From Candidatus Gygaella obscura (lineage in GTDB: Bacteria > Omnitrophota > Gorgyraeia > Gygaellales > Gygaellaceae), in assembly GCA_030765485.1 (NCBI GenBank), contig JAVCCR010000017.1:10298-74297 (forward strand): a stretch of 64,000 nucleotides of DNA. Reading direction: 5' to 3'. The notes beneath the pieces are model-generated. The model was not told the DNA's origin, made no database searches, and saw only the letters and a program-made list of their open reading frames with translations. Of this stretch, positions 46,838 through 57,376 are shown in pieces. Numbering within the stretch: position 1 is the first letter of the stretch; every line of letters begins with the position of its first letter. The position numbers and the translations under genes were made by a program.

Positions 46838-48087
46838 ATCTTAACTATTCTTTCATTATTTATTAAATCATCGTAAGTTTCTCTATCCCGAATTATAAAA
46901 CACTTATTCTTTTTAACCAATACTTCTTGCGCGCGTAAACGTGAATTATAATTACTGGACATACTAAAACCATAAGCCCCCGCACTCATTACTGCCAGAT
47001 ATTCACCTTCTCTAACCTGAGGTAGAAATCTTTCTTTGGCCAAAAAATCTCCGCTTTCACATATAGGACCCACGATATCAACCTTTACCTTCCTGACTTT
47101 GGAGTTTCTTTTTAAAGGCACTATCTTATGGTATGCATGATAAAGCGCCGGCCGCATAAGATCGTTCATCCCCGCATCAATTATAACGAATTTCTTAAGC
47201 GGAGTTTTCTTTACATATAAAACTTTTGTAACCAATACACAGCTATTGCCGGCTATAAATCTGCCCGGTTCCATAATTATTTTAAGCCCTGTCTTTTTCA
47301 GAAGCGGAATAATTTTTTCTGCATACATAACCGCAGTCTGAGGCGTTTCATTATTATAAATTATACCTAATCCCCCGCCAATATTTAGATATTCAAGACT
47401 TATTCCGCAGACTTTAAGTTGATTTATAAACTTAATCACCTTAGTAATAGCAGCGACAAACGGCGCTGGCTCTGTTATCTGAGAACCGATATGAATATGA
47501 ATTCCTTTAATTTTAGCATGAGAAAATTTATTCTTTAACAAAAAAATCTTACGTGCAGTCTTAAAATCTATACCAAATTTATTTATAAGCTTTCCTGTGG
47601 TGATAAATGCATGGGTCTTTGGCTCAACATCAGGATTTATCCGTATTGCCACATTGGTTTGCTTCTTGAGACGCTTAGCAATTTTATTGATATTCTCCAA
47701 TTCAGGCAAAGACTCGACATTAAAAAATAGTATCCCTGCTTTAATCGCGGTTTCAATCTCAAGACTTGTTTTACCTACTGAGGCATAAACAATTTGTTTT
47801 GCCGGACACTTAACCTTAAGGGCCCTATATAGCTCTCCTCCTGAAACTATATCAAGACCCGCTCCCTTATCAACCAAAGATTTTAAAATTGTAAGGTTTG
47901 AATTGGCTTTTACCGAATAACAAATAAGTGGGTTGATCTTACCGAAGGCACTTTTTAGCTTCAAATAATGATCTACTAATGTTGAATAGCTATAAACATA
48001 AAGCGGGGTACCAAATTTATTAGCTAAAGCTTCTACCTTGATATTTTCACAAAAAAGACTGTTATTCTTAAACTTAAACTCATGCAT
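46834..48087 (-). CDS. lysA: Diaminopimelate decarboxylase
   Basis: YSVKAN, HIGSQI, EPGR, GPICESGD, GAYG..MSSNYN. Confidence 0.97.
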   Translation of the reverse strand: MHEFKFKNNSLFCENIKVEALANKFGTPLYVYSYSTLVDHYLKLKSAFGKINPLICYSVKANSNLTILKSLVDKGAGLDIVSGGELYRALKVKCPAKQIVYASVGKTSLEIETAIKAGILFFNVESLPELENINKIAKRLKKQTNVAIRINPDVEPKTHAFITTGKLINKFGIDFKTARKIFLLKNKFSHAKIKGIHIHIGSQITEPAPFVAAITKVIKFINQLKVCGISLEYLNIGGGLGIIYNNETPQTAVMYAEKIIPLLKKTGLKIIMEPGRFIAGNSCVLVTKVLYVKKTPLKKFVIIDAGMNDLMRPALYHAYHKIVPLKRNSKVRKVKVDIVGPICESGDFLAKERFLPQVREGEYLAVMSAGAYGFSMSSNYNSRLRAQEVLVKKNKCFIIRDRETYDDLINNERIVKI

Positions 48088-48141
48088 ATTTTTTTCCTCA
48101 ATTTACATAACTCCATCAGCACTCATATTCGTACAAACAGC

Positions 48142-48714
48142 CTAAATAATATAGGGAGCATGACTATGATTCTCAGCATAAGACATGCACCCGTAAACAT
48201 CAGCTGTAGGACTTTTTACTCTTTCTGTATAAACAAGATCTCCTCCTAAGTTGCCTCTTGGTGCTTTATCATTCAAGTCTAATGCACCTAAAGCTACCGA
48301 TGGTCCTGCTTCGTCATCAGCTACCATACAGCTTATAAGATTGGGATACGCATCAGGACACCAAAGGATTTTATCTTTTTTAATTGCAGCTGAGCGCCGA
48401 TAATAAAATGACCCACCAAAAGACTTCCATCCGATATTATCCTTATACCTAAACTCATGAGAATCACCTTTATAATAAAGACCTCCCTCGCTACCTTCAG
48501 GATCATTATCATTTAAGGGTTCAAATTGAATTACTCCTTGGTCTAACTCGTTATCCGTTTCCCCTACCCTAAGTTTATTCGTATCAAGTTCATTATAAGC
48601 TCCATAGGGAGAAGGACAGTACGTAACCATAGTAATATTTCTCTCATTAGCAAAACAAAACAGAGGCAAAAACATTAATGCAACCAAAATTAATGCTATC
48701 TTTTTTAAATACAT
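48142..48714 (-). CDS. Hypothetical exported protein (possibly truncated by an amber codon)
   Basis: Signal peptide ending CFA; ITMVTYCPSPYGAY motif; fills the argH-lysA gap in the same orientation. Confidence 0.75.
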   Translation of the reverse strand: MYLKKIALILVALMFLPLFCFANERNITMVTYCPSPYGAYNELDTNKLRVGETDNELDQGVIQFEPLNDNDPEGSEGGLYYKGDSHEFRYKDNIGWKSFGGSFYYRRSAAIKKDKILWCPDAYPNLISCMVADDEAGPSVALGALDLNDKAPRGNLGGDLVYTERVKSPTADVYGCMSYAENHSHAPYII

Positions 48715-48718
48715 ATTA

Positions 48719-50074
48719 TCACCTTCTTTTTACAGAAATCCTTGACTTAACCGATACCTTAGGATCAAAAAACTTAACAATATCCTTTTTCACAAGCTTT
48801 AATGAGAATTTGTTCAGCATTACCTGCGACATATCTTTTATCAATAAGTTATTTTCAATAGAATATCTAATCAGTTTTCCTATAATCTCATGGGCAGAAG
48901 TAAAAGGTATACCTTTTTTAATTAGATAATAAACCAAATCTGTAGCATATAACGATTCGTCTTGTAAATGAGCTTCAATATTTTTTTTATTAAACTTTAT
49001 TATCTTTATAATCCCTGCAAGAATCTTGATTTCATCTGAGATTACCTCAAAAGAATTAAAAAGCGGTTCTTTGTCTAACTGCATATCCCGGTTGTAAGTT
49101 AAAGGCAGACCCTTCATCATAACCAAAGTATTAACTAGATTGCCGTAAATTTTAGCGCAGCTGCCGCGAATAAGCTCTAGGCTATCAGGGTTTTTCTTCT
49201 GCGGCATCAAAGAACTACCCGTAGCAAAAGCATCATCAAGCTCAATAAAACCAAACTCCTTGGTTGACCAGATAATAAAATCTTCTGCCATTCTTGATAA
49301 ATGCATTGCCGCAATGGATAAAGCGCTAATTATTTCAATGACAAAATCACGGTCACTTACTGTATCAAGTGAATTACTCACGGCTTTGATATTAAATGTT
49401 ATATCAAATTTAGCATCTTTTATAACCTCGTTAACTTTTTCTTTGTAGATACTAGAATCAATAGGAGTGCCGGCTAAGGCTCCGGCACCAAGACATATTT
49501 CAATATTCTCTTCTATATAATTTAATCGTTTTATATCCCGCTTAAACATCTCACCATAAGCACCCAAATAATCCTTTAACCATACAGCCTGGGCATGCTG
49601 CATGTGAGTAAACCCGGGCATAATCACATTACTATTGGTTTTTCCAGTCTTAACTAATTGAAATACTAATTCTTGTATATCTACAAGCAATTTTGCAATA
49701 GACATCTTTGAATAAAACTTAGTGGCAAAAACCACCTGATCATTTCGCGAACGGGCTGCATGAAGTTTTAATACTAATTTACCGACTTTTTTCTCCAAGA
49801 GATTCTGGATATTAGTATGAATATCCTCACAGTTTTTATCAAATTTGAATTTATTATTCTTTATCAATTTACATATATCTTCAAGTGCCGTTTGTAACTT
49901 ATTTGATTCCGACTTAGATAAAAAACCGGCCTTAGCCAAAACCTCCACATGTATCATAGAACCTAACACATCGTACTCGGCAAGTTTATAATCATAATGA
50001 ATAGACTTGGAAAATTCAGCAAATAATTTATCCGTCTTTTTCTTAAATCTTCCACCCCAAAGTTTTTTACTCAT
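48719..50074 (-). CDS. argH: Argininosuccinate lyase
   Basis: LWGGRF, EDIH, RSRNDQV, GSSLMPQKKNPD, YNRDMQ. Confidence 0.97.
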   Translation of the reverse strand: MSKKLWGGRFKKKTDKLFAEFSKSIHYDYKLAEYDVLGSMIHVEVLAKAGFLSKSESNKLQTALEDICKLIKNNKFKFDKNCEDIHTNIQNLLEKKVGKLVLKLHAARSRNDQVVFATKFYSKMSIAKLLVDIQELVFQLVKTGKTNSNVIMPGFTHMQHAQAVWLKDYLGAYGEMFKRDIKRLNYIEENIEICLGAGALAGTPIDSSIYKEKVNEVIKDAKFDITFNIKAVSNSLDTVSDRDFVIEIISALSIAAMHLSRMAEDFIIWSTKEFGFIELDDAFATGSSLMPQKKNPDSLELIRGSCAKIYGNLVNTLVMMKGLPLTYNRDMQLDKEPLFNSFEVISDEIKILAGIIKIIKFNKKNIEAHLQDESLYATDLVYYLIKKGIPFTSAHEIIGKLIRYSIENNLLIKDMSQVMLNKFSLKLVKKDIVKFFDPKVSVKSRISVKRR

Positions 50075-50078
50075 ACAA

Positions 50079-51251
50079 TCATCCTTCCATAAAAGGCAAA
50101 GAAAAAATATTAATAAACCCTACTGAATCTTCTTTATTAAACTCATCATTTTTTGAATACGTAGCAAGCTCTTTTTTATATAAAGAGTTTTTTGAAGCAC
50201 GCTTCATTACAATAATATTCCCCTTAAAAAGCTTTAGCTTGATAGTTCCAGTAACTTTTTCCTGGGTTTTATCTATAAAAGCATCCAGACTTTTCTTTAG
50301 ACGCGCGAACCACAGACCCTGATAGACAAGCTGGGCATATTTTAAAGCAACTATCTTTTTAAAATAGCGCGTTTCTTTATCTAAAACCAGGCTTTCCAGC
50401 TCATTGTGGGCGCTAAGTAAAATCCATGCTGCCGGAGCTTCATAGATTTCTCGTGATTTTATACCTATTGTTCTATCTTCAACTAAATCCGTACGACCGA
50501 TACAGTGTTTTCCGCCTAATGCATTAAGACATTTAACAATATCAACAAAACCCTTTTTCTTTCCGTCAAGTTTAACCGGTACCCCCTTATTAAAATCAAT
50601 CTTTACATAATCTGGCTTTTTAGGAGTTTTTTCTAAACTTTTTGTAAGCATATATGCATCCTCAGCTGGAGAATTATTTAGGTCTTCCAAGATTCCTGCT
50701 TCTATACTTACTCCCCAAATATTTTTATCTATACTATAAATATTTTTCTTCGTGGTTTTAATAGGTAACTTATGCTTTTTTGCATATTCAATTTCTGATT
50801 CACGGCTACCAAGACCCCATTCACGTAAAGGAGCGATTATTTTAAGCTTAGCGTCTAATATTTTTATGCTCGCATCAATACGCACCTGGTCATTACCCTT
50901 ACCGGTACAACCATGAGCAACAAACTGCGCATACTCCTTATGGGCGATATCTACTAAATATTTAGCAATTAAAGGCCGTCCCATAGCAGTAGATAAAACA
51001 TACTTTTCCTGATAAGTGGCGCTGGCCTTAAGACATGGCAATATATACTCATCTGCGAATTCTTTTGATAAATCTTTTATATAGATCTTTGACGCCCCGC
51101 TTTTTATAGCGCGCTTCTTCAAGTCCTGCGGTGAAAACTCACTCCCGAGACTTGCTGAAAAACAAATTACCTCAAAACCTTTATCCTTAAGCCATTTTAC
51201 GGCACAGGTAGTATCTAAACCTCCTGAGTAAGCTAAAATAACTTTTTTCAT
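50079..51251 (-). CDS. argG: Argininosuccinate synthase
   Basis: LAYSGGLDT, HGCTGKGNDQVR, GIKSREIYEAP. Confidence 0.97.
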   Translation of the reverse strand: MKKVILAYSGGLDTTCAVKWLKDKGFEVICFSASLGSEFSPQDLKKRAIKSGASKIYIKDLSKEFADEYILPCLKASATYQEKYVLSTAMGRPLIAKYLVDIAHKEYAQFVAHGCTGKGNDQVRIDASIKILDAKLKIIAPLREWGLGSRESEIEYAKKHKLPIKTTKKNIYSIDKNIWGVSIEAGILEDLNNSPAEDAYMLTKSLEKTPKKPDYVKIDFNKGVPVKLDGKKKGFVDIVKCLNALGGKHCIGRTDLVEDRTIGIKSREIYEAPAAWILLSAHNELESLVLDKETRYFKKIVALKYAQLVYQGLWFARLKKSLDAFIDKTQEKVTGTIKLKLFKGNIIVMKRASKNSLYKKELATYSKNDEFNKEDSVGFINIFSLPFMEG

Positions 51252-51269
51252 CTCTTCCTTCCCTTAAAA

Positions 51270-52181
51270 CTACTTTAATAACTTTATCAATACGGCCTTT
51301 TGTACATGCATTCTATTTTCTGCCTGATCAAAAACAATTGAGTGCTTACCATCAATAACACTATCTATAATCTCTTCTCCGCGATGAGCAGGCAGACAAT
51401 GCATGATAAAAACATTCTTCTTGGCCATACTTACAAGATCAGAATTTATCTGAAACAATTTAAAATCCTGCTTTCTTTTTTCCTGTTCTTGTTCCTGACC
51501 CATAGAAGCCCAGACATCGGTATAAATAACATCAGCCTGCTTAGCAGCCAACTTTGGATCATTGACTACAAGCAGCTTTGCTTTGTTTTTCTTAAAAATC
51601 TCAAAAGCTTCTTTAAGCACAAAACCAGCTGGTTCGTATCCGGCGGGTGTTGCAATATTAAGGTTTAATCCTACCTTTGCGCAGGCATAAATCAAAGAAT
51701 TACAAACATTATTGCCGTCGCCAATATAGGCAAGGGTTTTATTCTTAAAACACTTAAGCTTTTCCTTTATCGTATATATATCCGCTAATGCCTGACAGGG
51801 ATGAAACATATCACAAAGACCGTTTACAACCGGGATACTAGAGTGCTTCGTAAATTCCAATATATCATTATGTGAATAGGTTCTTAAAACCACTGCCTGC
51901 AGATATCGGGAAAGCGTCTTAGCCACATCACCGACTGCCTCTCTTACGCCAAGTTTAATCTCATCAGGACTTAAATAAATACTGTTTCCTCCCAGCTCAT
52001 ACATCCCCACCTCAAAGGAAACCCGCGTACGATTAGAAGGCTTTTGAAAAATAAGCCCCAAGGTTTTCCCCTTTAGAATATTTTTTACCTTGGACTTAGA
52101 ACGCTTGATTTTCTTAGCCAGATGCAAAATAGCTTCGATATCTTTCTTGGTCAAATCTTTTAAAGTAATAAGGTGTTTCAT
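51270..52181 (-). CDS. argF: Ornithine carbamoyltransferase
   Basis: SNRTRVSFE, HPCQALAD, WASMG, HCLPAHRG. Confidence 0.96.
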   Translation of the reverse strand: MKHLITLKDLTKKDIEAILHLAKKIKRSKSKVKNILKGKTLGLIFQKPSNRTRVSFEVGMYELGGNSIYLSPDEIKLGVREAVGDVAKTLSRYLQAVVLRTYSHNDILEFTKHSSIPVVNGLCDMFHPCQALADIYTIKEKLKCFKNKTLAYIGDGNNVCNSLIYACAKVGLNLNIATPAGYEPAGFVLKEAFEIFKKNKAKLLVVNDPKLAAKQADVIYTDVWASMGQEQEQEKRKQDFKLFQINSDLVSMAKKNVFIMHCLPAHRGEEIIDSVIDGKHSIVFDQAENRMHVQKAVLIKLLK

Positions 52182-53359
52182 ATGTTTTCCTCAAAAACCT
52201 TGTTTAATATCCGCATTGCAGTTTTTATCTGCGCCTGTTTAACATTTAAAGCAGGCATAAGTCTTAACACGTTATCATGCGTACAGTTAATCAATAAATT
52301 ATGTTTTATACACTCCTGAACGATTTTTTCTCCCGAACAATTTAATTCAATTCCCACCATAAGCCCGAGAGCGCGTATCTCTTTTATTATAGGGTATTTT
52401 TTCTTTAATTCTAATAATTTCTCAAATAAATACTTGCCTTGGATTTTGGCGTTAGCAATCATCTTTTCCTTACTTATCGCTTTAAATACTCCCAGTGCTG
52501 CCTTACAAATAACCGGACCTCCACCAAAAGTAGAAGCATGCATTCCTTTAGTAAATATATCGGAAATAGACTTTTTAACAAGCATAACTCCCATGGGAAA
52601 ACCACCGGCAACTGATTTTGCTAAAGTCATCACATCCGGCGTAACATCATAATGCTTATAACAAAACATCTCGCCTGTTCGCCCTATTCCGGTCTGAACC
52701 TCATCAAAAATTAACAGAATATCCTTTTCATTGCATATCTTACGCAAATCCTGAATAAAGCTTTTCTGGGCAATATTTACTCCGCCTTCGCCTTGGATAG
52801 GCTCTATAATAGCAGCTACGGTCTTTTCCGTTATCGCCATTTTTACTGCCTCAATATCATTAAACTTTACAGTCTTAAACCCCTCCAATAAAGGTTTAAA
52901 CGGCTGCTTATACTTTTCCTGCCCTGTTGCGCTTAATGCACCGAAGGTTCTACCATGAAAAGAATTCTCAAACGTGATAATCTCATGTCGTTTACCTTTA
53001 CCAAAGATACGGGAAAATTTTATCGCTGCTTCATTCGCCTCTGCTCCGGAATTGCAGAAAAAAACCTTTGAAGGAAAACTCCAATAGGTAATCTCCTTTA
53101 CCAGTTTTGCCTGAGGCAGGTTGTAATAATTATTAGGAACAAAAATTAATTTAGATATCTGGTCTCTTACAGCGCTCATAACTGCAGAATTACAATGCCC
53201 GACATTACACACACCCCATCCAGGAAAAAAATCCAAATACTTATTGTTATGGATATCCCAAAGATAACTTCCTTTACCCTTAACAAATACCAAAGGGGTT
53301 TTTGTATAGGTGGCTAAAACTCGTTCGTTATATAATTCAAACAGCTCTTGTTTTTTCAT
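52178..53359 (-). CDS. argD: Acetylornithine aminotransferase
   Basis: NSGAEANE, FHGRT, EPIQGEGG, DEVQTG, TLAK, STFGG; arg operon context. Confidence 0.94.
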   Translation of the reverse strand: MKKQELFELYNERVLATYTKTPLVFVKGKGSYLWDIHNNKYLDFFPGWGVCNVGHCNSAVMSAVRDQISKLIFVPNNYYNLPQAKLVKEITYWSFPSKVFFCNSGAEANEAAIKFSRIFGKGKRHEIITFENSFHGRTFGALSATGQEKYKQPFKPLLEGFKTVKFNDIEAVKMAITEKTVAAIIEPIQGEGGVNIAQKSFIQDLRKICNEKDILLIFDEVQTGIGRTGEMFCYKHYDVTPDVMTLAKSVAGGFPMGVMLVKKSISDIFTKGMHASTFGGGPVICKAALGVFKAISKEKMIANAKIQGKYLFEKLLELKKKYPIIKEIRALGLMVGIELNCSGEKIVQECIKHNLLINCTHDNVLRLMPALNVKQAQIKTAMRILNKVFEENI

Positions 53360-53362
53360 AGT

Positions 53363-54217
53363 TTATTTGGTAATCTCCGTTCCAATTCCAGTATCGGTAA
53401 AAATTTCCAGCAACAACCCCCGCTGTATACGTGCATCAATAATATGCGTCTTTTTAACCTCTGCCTTTAAAGCCTCCGTGCATGCTTTTACCTTAGGAAT
53501 CATGCCCTGCTGGATAACTCCTTCTTTTATCAAAGATTCTGCCTCCTTCATCGTAAGCGTAGAGATAAAAGAATGACTATCTTCTGGATTACGCATAATA
53601 CCTTTTACATTGGTCAACAGAACCAGTTTTTCTGCATTAAGACTTATGGCGATCTTCTCAGCAGCCTCATCGGCATTAACGTTATACGCATGGGCATTTT
53701 CACCTTTACCCATAGGCATAACAACAGCAATCATATCTTTTTTTAATATACTTTTTATAGCATCGTTATTGATATCAGTTATTTCTCCTACAAAACCTAA
53801 ATCTAGCTTTGCTTTCTTCTTTTTTGTCTTTATGGTTGCTTTGTCTTTCCCATTTAAACCAATAGCGTTTGCTCCCAACTCATTAAGTTCATCAACAATA
53901 AGTTTATTTAATTTTTTAAGTTCTTCTTCCACTAATTTCAAAGTATGCTTATCCGTAACGCGCATACCATCAACAAAATCAGTTTTTTTTCCGGATAAAC
54001 GCATGCGTTCGCTGATATTAGGCCCTCCGCCATGCACCAACACTGGACGAAGCCCCATAAAATTCAAAAATACAATATCTTCAAGAACGGTTTTTCTTAT
54101 CTTCTCTTCACCCAAGATGCTTCCGCCATACTTTATGACAATAGTCTTTTTATGAAACTTTTTTATATAAGGAAGCGCCTCTATCAATACTTCAGCTTTT
54201 TTTATAGCTTCTTCCAT
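53363..54217 (-). CDS. argB: Acetylglutamate kinase
   Basis: EALPYI, VIKYGG, VHGGG, GMRVTD, NVNAD, GMIPKV. Confidence 0.97.
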   Translation of the reverse strand: MEEAIKKAEVLIEALPYIKKFHKKTIVIKYGGSILGEEKIRKTVLEDIVFLNFMGLRPVLVHGGGPNISERMRLSGKKTDFVDGMRVTDKHTLKLVEEELKKLNKLIVDELNELGANAIGLNGKDKATIKTKKKKAKLDLGFVGEITDINNDAIKSILKKDMIAVVMPMGKGENAHAYNVNADEAAEKIAISLNAEKLVLLTNVKGIMRNPEDSHSFISTLTMKEAESLIKEGVIQQGMIPKVKACTEALKAEVKKTHIIDARIQRGLLLEIFTDTGIGTEITK

Positions 54218-54235
54218 ATCAAATCCTTTCTAAAA

Positions 54236-55366
54236 TTAATTGTAGGCTGCATTTATATCTACGTATTTTTTTGATAAATCACATGTATAAACCGTGGCCG
54301 AATATTTACCTAATCCTAAAACTATATCTATACAAATGTTTTTCTTCTTCAAAGAACTGCTTTTTATTTTTATCTTTTTCTCTTTTAAAGCTATCCCTGT
54401 CTGACCTAATGCCTGGATGATTCTTCCTAGATTGTTACTCTGGCCATGAATAGCAGTTTTAAATAACATTGAATCGGCTACACTTTTTGCCAAAACCTTG
54501 GCCTGTTTTTCTGTCTTGGCCTGTTTTACATTCAACTGAATGAATTTAGTCGCGCCTTCACCGTCTGCTGCGATTTGTTTGGCTAAATCCAAACATACAT
54601 ACTTTAAAGCAGCGAAAAACTTTTTATATCCAAATGAATTATTTTTAATTACCTTATTAAACGCCAGCCCATTGGCTAATATAAAAACGCTGTCGTTGGT
54701 ACTCATCTGCCCATCAACAGTTATAGAATTAAAAGATATATCAACTGCTTTTTTTAAAGCACTATCTAAAGCCTTTTTATCAATTGCTGCATCAGTAGTT
54801 ATAAAACAAAGCATTGTTGCCATGTCAGGACTAATCATACCTGAACCTTTTGCACAAGCAGCAAGAGTAATTTCTTTTCCGGATAGGTTAATTCTTTGCA
54901 CTGACTGTTTAATTTTAGTATCCGTTGTCAATATCGCCTTGGCAAAAGATAAACCTTTATCCTTAGACAAACCCAGCACCAGTTCATGCTTTGCTGAATC
55001 AATTTTTTTTATCGGTAGCTCTTTACCGATTATTCCAGTTGAAGCAACTAAAACTTCTCCTTCTCCTAACCCAAGCTCAGCAGCAGTCAAAGAAACCATT
55101 TTTTTTGCCGATAAGTCTGCGGTTTTATTAAAACAATTAGCATTTCCGCTATTGACTATTATCGCCTGCGAAGAATTATTTTTTATATGTTTTTGGCTTA
55201 ACTTAACCGAAGAAGCCTTGAAAGTATTTTTGGTAAAAACAGCACTAGATTTACATTTAGCCACGGAATATAAAAGCGCTAAGTCTAATTTAGCCTTTTT
55301 CTTTATGCCGCAGTTTAAGCCATTAGCCAAAAAACCTATGGGAGCAGTAACGGTATTATCTTTCAT
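54236..55366 (-). CDS. argJ: Ornithine acetyltransferase / N-acetylglutamate synthase
   Basis: NSGNAN, STGIIG, TTDT, KGSGMISPDMATML, STND, DGEGATK. Confidence 0.95.
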   Translation of the reverse strand: MKDNTVTAPIGFLANGLNCGIKKKAKLDLALLYSVAKCKSSAVFTKNTFKASSVKLSQKHIKNNSSQAIIVNSGNANCFNKTADLSAKKMVSLTAAELGLGEGEVLVASTGIIGKELPIKKIDSAKHELVLGLSKDKGLSFAKAILTTDTKIKQSVQRINLSGKEITLAACAKGSGMISPDMATMLCFITTDAAIDKKALDSALKKAVDISFNSITVDGQMSTNDSVFILANGLAFNKVIKNNSFGYKKFFAALKYVCLDLAKQIAADGEGATKFIQLNVKQAKTEKQAKVLAKSVADSMLFKTAIHGQSNNLGRIIQALGQTGIALKEKKIKIKSSSLKKKNICIDIVLGLGKYSATVYTCDLSKKYVDINAAYN

Positions 55367-56409
55367 TTGTTTATTTTTAACCCCTTTAATCCTAGCGTCT
55401 GTTTTAAGCCAAACATTATATTCATATTCTCAACTGCGTTACCGGAAGCACCCTTAACTAAGTTATCAATACAGGAAACTATAACTATTACCTTACCCAG
55501 CTGCTTAAACCCAATATGACAAAAGTTGGTACCTACTACATCCTTTAACTCAGGAAATAAACCTTCAGGTAAAACCTTAACAAACGCTGAAGTCTTATAA
55601 AATCGCTTATATAAAGATGTCAAATTGAGTTTCTTATTATTTTTCAACTTGACATAACTGGTAACAAGCATACCTCGCTCCAAAGGCAATAGATATGCGA
55701 CAAAATCTATTTTTATACTTTTTTTAGCAAGACCGGTTAATACAGATTCAATTTCCGGCACATGTCGATGGCCTCCCACTGCATAGACCTTAAAGTTGCT
55801 TTTTATCTCTGATAATTTATCTTTATTCTTTATCCTACCTGCTCCGGAAAAACCTGATTTTGCATCTATATATACTTCATCCTGTTTTATCAAGTGCTTC
55901 TTTACCAAAGGTGCAAGGCCAAGGACAGAAGCCACAGGATAACATCCGGGATTTGCCAATATGGTGGCTTTTTTGATACAAGCCTTATTTAATTCCACCA
56001 GCCCATACACACTTTTTTTCAAAGAGCTAGAATCAATATGAGCAATGTTATAAACTTTTTTATACAACAATGCATCTTTAAACCGGTAATCTGCGCTGAG
56101 ATCAATTACCTTTACACCAAGTTTTATCAACTTCAAAGCGTATTGCATAGAAACTTTATGAGGCAGGGCCAAAAAAGCTACATCGCTTGTCTTGGCAATA
56201 TAATCAGCATCAAAAGGAATACACTTTAAATTGCCCAGTTTTTTAAAATAAGGGTATATATTTTTTAACTTCTCACCAACCCGGCTTCTTGCTACGATGC
56301 AGCTAATATTAACCGCGGGATGCTTTGAAAGTATATCAACAAGCCCCTCTCCTGTATAACCTGTTATACCAACTATACAAACATTGATTTTTTTCATTAT
56401 TTTATTCAC
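55363..56409 (-). CDS. argC: N-acetyl-gamma-glutamyl-phosphate reductase
   Basis: GITGYTG, ALPH, DLSADYR, NPGCYP, SGAG, HRHVPE, DNLVKGASG; start may be ATG 56397. Confidence 0.96.
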   Translation of the reverse strand: MNKIMKKINVCIVGITGYTGEGLVDILSKHPAVNISCIVARSRVGEKLKNIYPYFKKLGNLKCIPFDADYIAKTSDVAFLALPHKVSMQYALKLIKLGVKVIDLSADYRFKDALLYKKVYNIAHIDSSSLKKSVYGLVELNKACIKKATILANPGCYPVASVLGLAPLVKKHLIKQDEVYIDAKSGFSGAGRIKNKDKLSEIKSNFKVYAVGGHRHVPEIESVLTGLAKKSIKIDFVAYLLPLERGMLVTSYVKLKNNKKLNLTSLYKRFYKTSAFVKVLPEGLFPELKDVVGTNFCHIGFKQLGKVIVIVSCIDNLVKGASGNAVENMNIMFGLKQTLGLKGLKINK

Positions 56410-56424
56410 AAGTTTAATATATTT

Positions 56425-56452
56425 AATATATCATAAAATATCTTTCGGTCAA
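56425..56452 (-). promoter_or_regulatory. Putative promoter of the arg operon
   Basis: TTGACC-16 nt-TATATT on the minus strand. Confidence 0.5.
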
Positions 56453-56471
56453 TATATTTTCGTCGAGAAAT

Positions 56472-56501
56472 AAAAAAATCCCGCTTGAAAAAAGCGGGAT
56501 T
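56472..56501 (-). terminator. Rho-independent terminator after rpsI
   Basis: AATCCCGCTT-loop-AAGCGGGATT stem followed by a T run on the minus strand. Confidence 0.88.
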
Positions 56502-56531
56502 AAATTATTTGAATTAATGTGTCTTAAGCGA

Positions 56532-56939
56532 TTAACGCTTAGTCCACTGGAACCGCTTCCGCGCCCCTTTCTGTCCATACTTCTTGCGCTCTTTTGCCCT
56601 GGGGTCTCTGGTTAAAAATCCTGCTTTTCTCAAAGCAAATTTCAAACTTTCATCAAACTTTACAAGCGCCCTGGATATACCATGCCTCATTGCCCCAGCC
56701 TGGCCAGATGTACCGCCACCACTAACATTAGCAAAAATATCAAATTTATCCAAAGTCATAGTAAGTTCTAAAGGCTGTTTGACAATTAATATCTCTGTCT
56801 CACGCTTAAAATAATCGTTGCTTTTTCTTTTATTTACAACAATATTGCCTTTACCTGGCAAAAGTCTAATTCTTGCCACGGACTCTTTTCTTTTGCCTGT
56901 TGCGCAATACTGCTCTTTATTTATATTCTCTTTATTCAT
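56532..56939 (-). CDS. rpsI: 30S ribosomal protein S9
   Basis: [34 protein letters not shown]. Confidence 0.98.
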   Translation of the reverse strand: MNKENINKEQYCATGKRKESVARIRLLPGKGNIVVNKRKSNDYFKRETEILIVKQPLELTMTLDKFDIFANVSGGGTSGQAGAMRHGISRALVKFDESLKFALRKAGFLTRDPRAKERKKYGQKGARKRFQWTKR

Positions 56940-57367
56940 TATACCTCCATAACCTCAGACTTCTGAGAAACATGAGGGTGCTTATCATCAGCATAAACCT
57001 TAAGCTTTTTTAACATCTTAACTCCCAAACTTCCCTTCGGAAGCATCCTTCTTACAGCCAGATAAACAACCTGCGCAGGTTTTTTTTCCAACATTACCTT
57101 TAAAGGAACCTGTCTTAGACCTGAAACATAACCGGAGTATCTTGAATATTTTTTTTGCTCCAATTTTCTTCCAGTAAACTTCACCTTACGGGCATTAATA
57201 ACAATAACAAAATCACCCGTATCTACATTAGGAGTATATATAGCCTTATGTTTACCTCTTAAAACCGTGGCAATCTTAACTGCCAATTTTCCCATGGTTT
57301 TATTAGTTGCATCCACAAGATACCATTTGCGTACTATGTCTTTTTGTTTTGCGTAGAATGTTTTCAT
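56939..57367 (-). CDS. rplM: 50S ribosomal protein L13
   Basis: [36 protein letters not shown]. Confidence 0.98.
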   Translation of the reverse strand: MKTFYAKQKDIVRKWYLVDATNKTMGKLAVKIATVLRGKHKAIYTPNVDTGDFVIVINARKVKFTGRKLEQKKYSRYSGYVSGLRQVPLKVMLEKKPAQVVYLAVRRMLPKGSLGVKMLKKLKVYADDKHPHVSQKSEVMEV

Positions 57368-57376
57368 AGAATCAAA

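Noticed and set aside
48142-48144. Genome-wide TAG recoding
   Set aside because: TAG ends uvrA, dapF, leuC and other genes at their expected lengths, and no conserved gene here has an internal TAG
54540-55457. 305-aa plus-strand ORF (and other + ORFs such as 53610-54155 and 3913-4380)
   Set aside because: Antisense shadows of well-conserved genes (argJ, argB, rpoD) with no recognisable motifs
56413-56430. TTTAATATA tandem repeat upstream of argC as an ArgR operator
   Set aside because: Only two low-complexity AT-rich copies with a poor match to the ARG-box palindrome
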